Shown: piece by piece, positions 19,474 to 27,954 of the stretch
Layout: each line of letters starts with the position of its first letter
Position numbering within the stretch: position 1 is the stretch's first letter
From: an uncultured virus (IMG/VR IMGVR_UViG_3300035670_000133)
Taxonomy: Duplodnaviria > Heunggongvirae > Uroviricota > Caudoviricetes
Virus record (IMG/VR): IMGVR_UViG_3300035670_000133
Reading direction: 5' to 3' (one strand)
Length of the DNA stretch: 64,000 nucleotides
Made by a program: the position numbers and the translations under genes
Notes under the pieces: generated by a model
Database searches by the model: none
What the model was told of the DNA's origin: nothing
Seen by the model: the letters and a program-made list of their open reading frames with translations, nothing else

Positions 19474-19680
19474 TTAATCATCTAGATAACCTTCTGGCGG
19501 CGGTACGATCTGCATCAAAAGCTGATCCTCCTCAATTAGACGTTGCTGATAGCCCCACTGAGCTGCTAGCGCACAGAGAATGTTTGGATCAGGTGGACGC
19601 TTCCACGGTTCAGGTTTAGCAATCTCGATCCAGTCTTCAATTAGCTCCGGCGGTGGGGTGATGTGATGTTGCTCAGTCAT
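19474..19680 (-). CDS. Hypothetical ITPPPEL-family protein
   Basis: Paralog of 19673-20005 (HxITPPPEL...AAQWG). Confidence 0.7.
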   Translation of the reverse strand: MTEQHHITPPPELIEDWIEIAKPEPWKRPPDPNILCALAAQWGYQQRLIEEDQLLMQIVPPPEGYLDD

Positions 19681-20005
19681 CGAGCTGCTCCAGTGCGCGG
19701 CGGATAATCATCCAGTCGTCTTGTGTTTCTGTTCCGGCCATCATGCGGTTGTGTGCGTCCAGCGCCTGCTCCTTCAAGCTCAGCGGCTTGGGGCGGCGAG
19801 CGGCGCGGAGTTGCAGCGCGAGATCGCCAACACCATCCAGCCACTCACAACACGCCTCCAGCTCTTGGTCTGCGCCCCATTGGGCGGCGCGGGTGGCAAT
19901 ACCTACTTCGTATTCTTTCCAGTGCGCGTTTTCAGGATCAGTAAATTCCTCCATCCACTGCTTCACCAGCTCCGGCGGTGGGGTGATGAGATGTTGTTGT
20001 GTCAT
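19673..20005 (-). CDS. Hypothetical ITPPPEL-family protein
   Basis: ITPPPEL...AAQWGADQELEACCEWL; tandem paralog. Confidence 0.75.
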   Translation of the reverse strand: MTQQHLITPPPELVKQWMEEFTDPENAHWKEYEVGIATRAAQWGADQELEACCEWLDGVGDLALQLRAARRPKPLSLKEQALDAHNRMMAGTETQDDWMIIRRALEQLDD

Positions 20006-20060
20006 AGGTCAACAAAGTTTGAACTTCTAATTAACTTCTAAGTTGATTCAAATTAGAAGT

Positions 20061-20426
20061 TCAGTAGAGGGGAACGCGTTCAACAGTGTAATCTTGCCTG
20101 TCCTCCATGTGGATTACGTTGTCACGAGTAGTTAAAAACCATTCAAAATTAGATTGTGATACGGAAGCACCGCAAAACTCACGCAACAGAATGTGAAGAC
20201 GTGATTTAGTAGTGTTGGTGCGGTAACCGCAGTTGTTACAGATCACGCTATCTGGTGTGATTGTTGCAATCAGATTCCCGTGGAGATAGACATTCGTTCT
20301 GTCTATAATTCGATCGCCTTTGTCTACGGGATGAGGCAAGTAGATGTTCTCAACCTTGGTGTTGGCGAGACTGAGATTCTTGCGCTCAATAACCGCAGCG
20401 AGCATTTTGCGTTCGATGGCTCTCAT
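20061..20426 (-). CDS. Phage hypothetical protein
   Basis: Start moved to ATG 20426 (MRAIERKM) behind an AC-rich leader; VYLHGNLIA and TTKSRL motifs. Confidence 0.65.
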   Translation of the reverse strand: MRAIERKMLAAVIERKNLSLANTKVENIYLPHPVDKGDRIIDRTNVYLHGNLIATITPDSVICNNCGYRTNTTKSRLHILLREFCGASVSQSNFEWFLTTRDNVIHMEDRQDYTVERVPLY

Positions 20427-20508
20427 GATGTTGGTGTAATTAGGTGAGTTTGGTACCGCGAAGCGGTAGGATTTCAGATAGAAGATTCGTGATATAGTTT
20501 CAAAGTTA

Positions 20509-20566
20509 AAGCCCCGGCGAGCTGCGAACTCCCGAGGCGTGATCAACCTGTAGGAGCAGGCCGATG
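20509..20566 (+). promoter_or_regulatory. Conserved two-hairpin leader of HNH gene (copy 2)
   Basis: Near-identical to 15880-15936. Confidence 0.65.
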
Positions 20567-21163
20567 GCTAAGACTGTAGCACTGCCTCCGCTTGAGCGGT
20601 TGCGCGAGTTGTTGGAAGTTGTACCGATCGCAGAGTCTCAATATGGGGTCCAATCGGGGTTGGTGTGGCGGATAAAAAGAAGCTATAAAGCCACGGCGGG
20701 AAGCGTGGCTGGGTGTTTGAAACGACATAATTTAACTGGGGGTAGATGTGATTGGGTTGTATCTATTGATAATCGTAGGTATCTTGTGTCTAGGATAGTT
20801 TACTACATGGTAAATGAGGTCGATCCAGCTTATTCGGAAGTTGATCATAAGGATCGAAACACTTTAAATAACAATAGAGAAAATCTACGGTTAGCGGATC
20901 GTTCACTACAAGGACATAACATGATTAAACACACAAAAGCCAGTAGCAACGCTTTGGGGGTCGATCTCCACCGTAAAAGCAATCTTTGGAGAGCGCGTAT
21001 CAGGAATAAAGGATCGTCTGAGAGTCTTGGCTACTTTATCTGCAAGATTGAAGCGGCCCGCGTTTGGAATAACAAAGTCATTGAACTTGGCTTAGATAAG
21101 CTTGGGAAGCCCCTAAATGATCTAGAGGCTATCGAGTGCGACTGCTGTAAGTGTCAGCGATGA
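20564..21163 (+). CDS. HNH-AP2 homing endonuclease
   Basis: VDHKDRNTLNNNRENLR plus AP2-like domain; close paralog of 15934-16572. Confidence 0.88.
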   Translation: MAKTVALPPLERLRELLEVVPIAESQYGVQSGLVWRIKRSYKATAGSVAGCLKRHNLTGGRCDWVVSIDNRRYLVSRIVYYMVNEVDPAYSEVDHKDRNTLNNNRENLRLADRSLQGHNMIKHTKASSNALGVDLHRKSNLWRARIRNKGSSESLGYFICKIEAARVWNNKVIELGLDKLGKPLNDLEAIECDCCKCQR

Positions 21164-22038
21164 TCTTCTCCAACATACTTATTTACCACTGATTCAAAGG
21201 AATCGGGCGATGCGATAGGTTCAATCCCATCGAGTTGGCGCTTCCAATCATCCTTACGCAACCACTCTTTAGCGTTAGGGTCAGGACCAGGGAGCTCATC
21301 ACGAAAGGTAAGATCCCAGCACTTAACTAATTGAATAGCGTCGCGCATGGTGCCGTCAAACCAACCTGCAGCCAAACCTGAACCTAGGTGGGTGATTGTC
21401 CAGCGTTTCGGTTCTCTGCTTAGTTTGTTGAAACCGACGACAGGGCGGTGGACTGCAAGAGCTTCGCCTACATACTTTGCAGGCACTTTGAGCGTACCGT
21501 GACTTGTGTTTACGGTGATCATTTTCTTACTCATACTCCGCGATGGATTGTTTCAGTTGGTCGATGGCGCACATAAGGTAGTTTGCACGGGCTGAAGTTA
21601 CACAGTCTTCGAGAGAACACTCCAACTGGTTTAGTGCGTCTTTGGCATCTTCGATGGTTAGAAAGGTGTCGATGGCGAAAGGCACGCCAAACTCATCGTC
21701 AACAATTAGCTGGATCATCAGAACATACCTCGTGATTCGATGTGAGCTTGAATTTGTGCGTCAGTTGGTTCCCACCCGTCGATGTATTCGAGTGCGGGGA
21801 TGATGTTGTCTTCGATCTGTTCGGCAATGTCTGGAGGCATCATCATGTCGCGCTGCAACAGTTGTTTGAAACGTGCGAGCGTGTGGTAAGCAAGACTGTG
21901 ATAACCAAGTTGGTAAATGTCGTAAGGGATGTTGTCCATGGCGATTAGAAAGTGATGACCGTAGAAAAGACTGTGAGAGAGAAGGCCAGCACACTATACC
22001 ATGCCTGTCGGAACAGTGAGGGTGCTGGGTGCATCAGA

Positions 22039-22356
22039 TCAGTAGCTGATTGAGACAGTTGCGATTCCATCAATCGGAACGCCTAGCCTGTAGGCTGCGC
22101 CTGCTGATAAGTCAATGGAGTTACAATCACAACGATCTGTGATGGGCACAGTAAGCGTTCTACCTTTGTGTGTAACACGAACTTGTGTGCCACAAGGCAA
22201 CCACGGGTGTGCTGCAGATACACCCCAATGCTGATAGGTCTGTCCGCAGTATGTTTCTCTTGAGTGATACCATTCGTGATAGACAGTTGCAGTTACTGGG
22301 CGAGCATTAACTGGGTTGATAAACATCAAAGGAAAAAACAGAAGCAGTCGTTTCAT
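22039..22356 (-). CDS. RlpA-like double-psi beta-barrel protein
   Basis: Signal peptide; SAAHPWLPCGTQVRVT, ITDRC, IDLSAGAA. Start at ATG 22356. Confidence 0.85.
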   Translation of the reverse strand: MKRLLLFFPLMFINPVNARPVTATVYHEWYHSRETYCGQTYQHWGVSAAHPWLPCGTQVRVTHKGRTLTVPITDRCDCNSIDLSAGAAYRLGVPIDGIATVSISY

Positions 22357-23916
22357 GTGATGCTGATGTGATTGTGTGAGTCGGCCCCGCGTTAGCGGGA
22401 GGATCAATCGAATGAAGTTACAGGCCAGCCGTTAGCGCTGGTAATCTCATTGGTGAACTGATTCCTCACGCATTGACAGGCGATTGATTCAGCTTCACGG
22501 CAAGTATCAGCCTCGGTGTGAATTAAGAAATCACCGTGGTTAGATGTTTCAACGCGAACTTTGTACTTAGTCATTTGTTCGATTCGATTAAGTCTTCTGC
22601 AAACTCTTTTAGGTCCTGACTGTCGAAGTCAAAGTAACAACGTTCGCCGTCAATAAAGATGTCGAACAAATTGTCCTCGTTAAGTACAGCTGTGAACTCA
22701 GTCATCTTCGTCAATCTCGATGTAGTTGTTAAACATGAGCTCCTCGTAGGAGTCACTCATACAGTCGGAATCTAGCCAGGGAAATAGTGCAGATTCCTGT
22801 GCAAGTTGTTCATAGTCGATCATGGTTCGTACTCTGATTGTTGTTCGAGTTGGTGTTCTACTGCAGTTTGGTAAGTCTCAACGATCTTCATAAGATCAGT
22901 CAAACGTTGGTGCATACGAGGGTGAAGATAGTCATGGTTAATGACAATTTGTTCAGCGTCACTTAGTAGTGTCCAGAGATCAGTTACGCGAGAGTGTTCG
23001 AGCGGTAAGCGAAGTGTTCGGTGCATGGTTGGTTACATGGAGAGCGCAAAGATCTGAAAGGAGTCGAGCAAGTTAGTGAAGTCTTCCTGCTCCATAGGAT
23101 CGACCTGGCCAGACTCAGCCATTAGTTGTAGTGAAGCGAGAATGTAGTCAATCTCCCTGCGATTAACGAAGTTGAAAGAAGGGATAGGTTTGAGCGGTTG
23201 ATTGCGTGTCTTGAGTGTCATGATTAGAAGCTGATAGTTTGATCGAACTTAGAGAAAGTCTTGGTGCGTAGATCTTCAAGCATGGAGAGATGTTCCATAG
23301 CCCAATCACCACCAGGTTGCTCTGGGGTTTCGTTAACTAACTGCAGAAGATCTTGCTCGTAAGCACGAATCATTCTGCGCAGGAATTCACGGTCGAGTTT
23401 AGTGTTGGTGTCGTACATGATGTTGGTGTGATTGTGTTAGATAAATACGTTGCAAGACATTCCATTTTGCAGGCTTCGTGTTAGCTTGCCTCGCAGACGG
23501 TGATAAGCCATAGATAGGTTGTCTTTAGTCTCTTGATTAAGTGTCGAGACTTTGCCCGGTTCTAATAACTTAAGTGCAGCCAAGATTGCTACAGCTTGAG
23601 GCTCTGTGAGTTCGTAGATAACAGACATGATCTTGGTGTGATTGTGTGAATCGGCCCCGCGAAGCGAGTTACCTAAAGTTGTCAGGGATAGAGTGTGCGA
23701 GTGTTGACCAGAAGCTGATACGTTCGCGCTTCCAATGCTCTACAGCTTGCTTGTAGTCATCATCCGCATAGTAACCACTAAAGTGTGCGAGTTGCATACG
23801 TTGCCTTGCGCATTGTGCGATGTTGTAACGCCTTAGGCTGCACAATGAGTAGGGAGGTTCATACTCATAAGTGGAACCGTCAGTATCTGTGTAGCGGGGG
23901 AGATTGTTAGTCATGA

Positions 23917-24228
23917 TCACCAGAAGTTACCTAAACGAAACTCAGAAACGAAGGCGTGGGCGATAGATTCTGCAGCCACAAGTCTCTCGGGCTTGGGGAA
24001 CATTTGATTCCACGATGTAGACATAGAACCGTTGCACAGTTTGTAGTCTTTAGCTGCAGGAACTAACAGATAACGTTCGATGTATGCAATCGCACGATCC
24101 AAACTGAACGTGCCTTTCTGATAGAACTTAGATAAAGTCTTGCCTACTGTGTTGTAGTGAGAGCCTGAGAAGTTCAGAGCGTAAAGTTCAAGTTCACGCG
24201 CTGCAACTGTGTCGATTGTGTGTGCCGT
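23917..24228 (-). CDS. Hypothetical protein with apparent ACG start
   Basis: The frame stays open 126 nt upstream of the TTG call; ACG occupies the position of ATG in neighbouring leaders. Confidence 0.5.
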   Translation of the reverse strand, partial: TAHTIDTVAARELELYALNFSGSHYNTVGKTLSKFYQKGTFSLDRAIAYIERYLLVPAAKDYKLCNGSMSTSWNQMFPKPERLVAAESIAHAFVSEFRLGNFW

Positions 24229-25924
24229 GATGATGATGATTGTGTTGGTGTTGGTTACAGATAGAGACTTACGATACGTTCGTTGTAAGCGTCACGATGT
24301 TTATCATCATCGTACCAGTCGTCTAGTTCTTTCGTAGATTGTTCATGCTCTAGCTGTCTGCTAAGTGCGTCACACTTGTCAGCAAGTGCCTCACACTGAT
24401 CATAGAGTTTGTGTACACGATCCCAGTCTTTAGCCTGTCGAGCATTAACAATCAGCTGATCAATCAGCTTGATCTGTTCATTCAGTGCGGTGATAGTTTC
24501 AGTCATGATCACTTAAACATTGCGTTCCAAAGTGCGTTAACGATGTGATCACGCACATCCTCACGCTGTGTGTCACGAACAGTCAGCCGGCAAGTTTCAG
24601 CAAACTGATTGTTCTTGCTGTGCAAAACTACAACCTGCGTGGGTGATAGCTTCATCACGCAAGTCTCAAACGAAAGGCGTTGTGATTCAGTCATGATCAG
24701 ATTGCGATGGTGATGGATAGTTTCAGGCGTAAGTAAGAAGCTTGCCGATAGGCATCTTTGAGAAGGCAGACTTAGCTTCCATAACTGTCAGGAACTCACC
24801 TACAGTTTCATTGACAATCTTGCTGCCGACAGATCTGTACACCGTGAGTTTGTACTTATCATCGAGGTTGACATTCTTAGCAATGTAACCGAGAGGGATT
24901 GTGCCAACCTTGATAGAGAGCCAGTAGATAGAAGGCACGTCATTCCAGAGTTCGAAGCTAATCATGATGATGTGAATGTGATGGGATTGTGTTAGTTAAG
25001 ATCAGCAGTAGTAACGGCCAACGATGACATCATCGCCGCACAGTTTGACTAAAGTTCCGCTGAAATAGGAGTCGCTGCTGATACCGTGCCAACCCTTAAA
25101 CATACCGTCAGGGTTAGTGTTAGTCAGGAACTCGTTGAGATTGTAATAACGATTGCCATACTTAAAGAATGAACAATTAGAGTCAAACTCATCGTCGCTC
25201 ATCCAATCAAACTGCTTGCGGAGTTTGATACGCTCAGCGCCAGAAAACTCGCAAGTGAACAACAGCCGGCGTGGCTGATTGTTGGTCTTAATTGTCACTT
25301 CAGTCATACGTTGTACCTGGAATGAACATGGTGAGGGTAGAGGCCCTCAGTGTGCATTGTACTGCACAGGGAGAGCGTCACACTCAGAGAGTGAAACGAA
25401 GCTTTGCACCATGATCAAACGTGATCACGAATACAAACTAACCACACCCAAATAGAGACCAGGTACGAAATACCTGGCCCCTACAGGATGCAATTCTGGG
25501 AAACTGACCCCAAATTAAAGTCAGTTAGGGTGCGCATATAACGCACAAAAGCTATTAAATTGTGCCGAACTGTAAGATTCTCAGCCCGGCTGCAGGATGA
25601 TGACCGTAGGAGAGACTCCTAAGGCTCTGTCCAGCGTACCTGTGTGAGGGACAGATACTCTGGACAGGACATTCTGCAGACCCACGCATGGCGAGAGCGT
25701 GGCAAGTAACGCCGCTAAGTGATACAGCACGACTGTATCTTTCCTGTTCTCAAGGAAGTTAAATAGTTTTCGGCACCGTGCACACTTAGCCAGTCGGGTT
25801 GCAACTGTATTGTGCTCGGGGGATCGCTCGCGCCCCTAGTTCCATCTCATGACGGTGCCTGCTATACAGAATGAAGTTAACTGTGCCTTAGGCTTTCCGT
25901 GCAAACTATCTCAGCACAGTTAAC

Positions 25925-25943
25925 TATTCAGTTTTCAAGGTTC
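25925..25943 (-). promoter_or_regulatory. boxA-like antitermination motif 2
   Basis: GAACCTTGAAAACTGAATA; the first 12 nt match the cyanobacterial rrn boxA GAACCTTGAAAA. Confidence 0.7.
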
Positions 25944-26075
25944 CTCCCCCTGATACCTCACACCTAGCCTGCCCGTTTCCGGCCCATCACCGACCCCTTG
26001 CGCCCCTACGTTTCGGCACACTGTGCCTACCATCAGAGCGAGGTCTGGCTGTGACACGTTATGCCACAGACTAGG

Positions 26076-26094
26076 TATTCAGTTATCAAGGTGC
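26076..26094 (-). promoter_or_regulatory. boxA-like antitermination motif 1
   Basis: GCACCTTGATAACTGAATA, 17/19 identical to motif 2, preceded by a GGCC-ATCAC-GGCC hairpin. Confidence 0.7.
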
Positions 26095-26116
26095 GGGCCG
26101 TGATGGCCATGCCCAG

Positions 26117-26145
26117 ATCCTACAGCATGGTGCGCAGCTTGTCGG
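26117..26145 (-). promoter_or_regulatory. Putative early promoter
   Basis: CCGACA-N17-TAGGAT just upstream of the hairpin-boxA. Confidence 0.5.
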
Positions 26146-26695
26146 GATGGTGTGAAACAAAGCGAAACAATCGGCCGGGATCACATAGGATCGCAGGGGC
26201 GCGTTGCTTCAGTCTCACACCGTAACCCTGGTGGGCTGGCGTGGTGGCTGCAGGTTGTCCAGGTTCCGCGTCCGGGGCTGAGCCCCATCGGCTTGTGCCA
26301 ATGGTAAGGGCAAGACGGGCCGATGCGATACCGACCTTGTGCCGCTATGTCGACCGTCACACTAGGTGCGCTCAGTGAGCACTGCGCGAACAGGAGAGGA
26401 AACGCGCGACGCGTGCGCGAGAGGGTAGCACACGGCCGGCAGTTAGTATAAAGAATAAAGAACTACCCCCTGATGACCGTATAAACAATTAAACAACACT
26501 AAGTATAAATAATAAACAATACAATTAATTATACAAACCGTGTGCCGCTATGTAACAAATAGTGGGCGCAATCTGCCCGCAACCCGGCCTTTTTTTTATA
26601 TATACGCTTTACGCGACGACGCGGGCGATACCCTTTTCATAATCTTGGGGGGAAACTGACTTCAAAAGGTTCAGTGCCAGTATACTAGCAGCGGC

Positions 26696-26768
26696 GGGGG
26701 TTTAGCTTTCTGGCGAAAGCAGCGTCCTCATAAGACGCGGAAGGTGGGTTCGATCCCCACAACCCCTA
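26696..26768 (+). tRNA. tRNA with CAT anticodon (elongator Met or Ile2)
   Basis: Cloverleaf: GGGGGTT/AACCCCT, GCGTC-CTCATAA-GACGC, GTGGG-TTCGATC-CCCAC. No initiator GGG/CCC stem and no CCA. Confidence 0.9.
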
Positions 26769-26849
26769 TTGAAAAAAAATTTTCGCCGCGTGGTTGTCGT
26801 ATAAAACCTTTTTCCGCACTTAAGCTTGTGTATACGTTCGTGCAGTCGA

Positions 26850-27167
26850 ATGCTTTCCCCGAGTGTGCGGCAAAAAGTCGAATTTATCTGCCAAAGAATC
26901 GCTAAAGGAGAGGAAGTTCAGTTCAAAGAGATGGAATGGGTCCAAAAATGGGCCAAATCGAACCATTCTGTCGACGCTATGCTCAGAAAAGCACGTCGTG
27001 AAGCCATAAGTGGTGGTTTTGAGGAGGGAAGTCTCGACGACTTCATGCAAAAAATGGATTTAGGGGACCCTGACCCGGCGAATCACCTGCAAGGGGCACA
27101 AGATCCGCTCACTTTGGCGGAGTGGTTTACGGAAAAACGAAAATGGTTTCGAGGAACTGCTGACTAA
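26850..27167 (+). CDS. Cyanophage-type hypothetical protein
   Basis: MLS...IC.RIA.GEEV...ARR...LDDF...LGDPDP; start at ATG 26850. Confidence 0.7.
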   Translation: MLSPSVRQKVEFICQRIAKGEEVQFKEMEWVQKWAKSNHSVDAMLRKARREAISGGFEEGSLDDFMQKMDLGDPDPANHLQGAQDPLTLAEWFTEKRKWFRGTAD

Positions 27168-27367
27168 ATAGATTTCTGAGCCTCTTCGAGCTCGGTAATT
27201 AAATCTTTGACGTATGTTACGTATTGTCTTAGGTAGTGTGCAGCTACTAGGTGTTTATAGTTGTCTGTTGCTAGGTAATGCTCGTTATGACGGTCTATTG
27301 AGTCAAGTGAAGCCTTGATCATCCCATTCCATGGTTGGCGGATGGGTGTGTTCCACTCCCGTGCCAC
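27164..27367 (-). CDS. Hypothetical protein (REWNTP family)
   Basis: Convergent small ORF MAREWNTPIRQPWN. Confidence 0.6.
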   Translation of the reverse strand: MAREWNTPIRQPWNGMIKASLDSIDRHNEHYLATDNYKHLVAAHYLRQYVTYVKDLITELEEAQKSI

Positions 27368-27451
27368 GGGGAGAATGCAGAGTACAAGAAAATTCTAGGT
27401 CTTAAGTGTTGGTTTTACATTCAACTGTGTGTTTTGTATAGCAGTAATACA

Positions 27452-27478
27452 GTATCAATCGCTACCGTTTCTTATACT
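27452..27478 (+). promoter_or_regulatory. NtcA-like site plus -10 box
   Basis: GTA-TCAATCGC-TAC (27452-27465) and TATACT (27473-27478). Confidence 0.45.
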
Positions 27479-27500
27479 TGAGGTAGTTACAGGTTGCCCC

Positions 27501-27662
27501 ATGACTGTTTTAACGTATCGCGGCAAACAGTATGACACTGTTGAGCACCAGAAAGAGGTACACGAATGGCAAAAACTGACCCGTGAGGCAGGCCATCGGT
27601 GTGTTTATCGCGGCGTGGAGATTGATCCGCGTTACGCCCACAAGAGTCTTGTGATAGATTGA
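27501..27662 (+). CDS. DUF4278-like small peptide
   Basis: Two YRG motifs: LTYRGKQY and VYRGVE. Confidence 0.7.
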   Translation: MTVLTYRGKQYDTVEHQKEVHEWQKLTREAGHRCVYRGVEIDPRYAHKSLVID

Positions 27663-27740
27663 GTTCGTTCCCGCTCTGCTTTGGCATCGGGCTCCGGTTC
27701 AGGAGGCGTCCGATAACGTCTCCCCTCATTAAAACGCGTG

Positions 27741-27815
27741 TCGTGAGTAGTTCAAAAGGTAAGAACGCTAGGCAGACAGCCTAGAGACGGGAGGTTCGAT
27801 GCCTCCCCTCGCGAT
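27741..27815 (+). tRNA. Atypical tRNA-like gene, anticodon GAC (Val)
   Basis: D arm GTTC/GAAC, anticodon arm CTAGG-CAGACAG-CCTAG, T arm with TTCGATG; A at position 33 and an extra T-stem pair. Confidence 0.65.
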
Positions 27816-27842
27816 TGACAGCTTGGTTTGTCGCGTTAGACT
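27815..27842 (+). promoter_or_regulatory. Sigma70-type promoter
   Basis: TTGACA-N16-TAGACT. Confidence 0.6.
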
Positions 27843-27846
27843 TTAG

Positions 27847-27902
27847 TCGTTCCGCGATGGAACGTTGGACAAGGGGACCAAGGGGCCACTAGGCCCTTTT
27901 TT
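27847..27902 (+). ncRNA. Candidate ~55-nt sRNA
   Basis: Lies between the promoter and terminator GGGCC-ACTA-GGCCC-T6; 5' hairpin CGTTCC-GCGAT-GGAACG. Confidence 0.5.
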
Positions 27903-27954
27903 ATTGTGTTTATGTACGGCTTATAATTAAAGCCAAGGCATAATTCAGCTAAAA

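Larger units (their letters stand above)
21154..25307 (-). other. Array of about 20 short early hypothetical genes
   Basis: Tightly packed 55-125-aa minus-strand ORFs, many preceded by AC-rich leaders ending in ATCATG. Confidence 0.8.
25320..26110 (-). ncRNA. Candidate large structured leader RNA/ncRNA
   Basis: No ORF of 60 aa or more; more than 12 hairpins, a crossing pairing and two boxA motifs; upstream promoter-like sequence. Confidence 0.65.

Noticed and set aside
27380..27500. Glutamine riboswitch upstream of the DUF4278-like gene
   Set aside because: No CGTTC...GGAACG element in the short leader; the similar hairpin at 27848 lies downstream in a separate unit.
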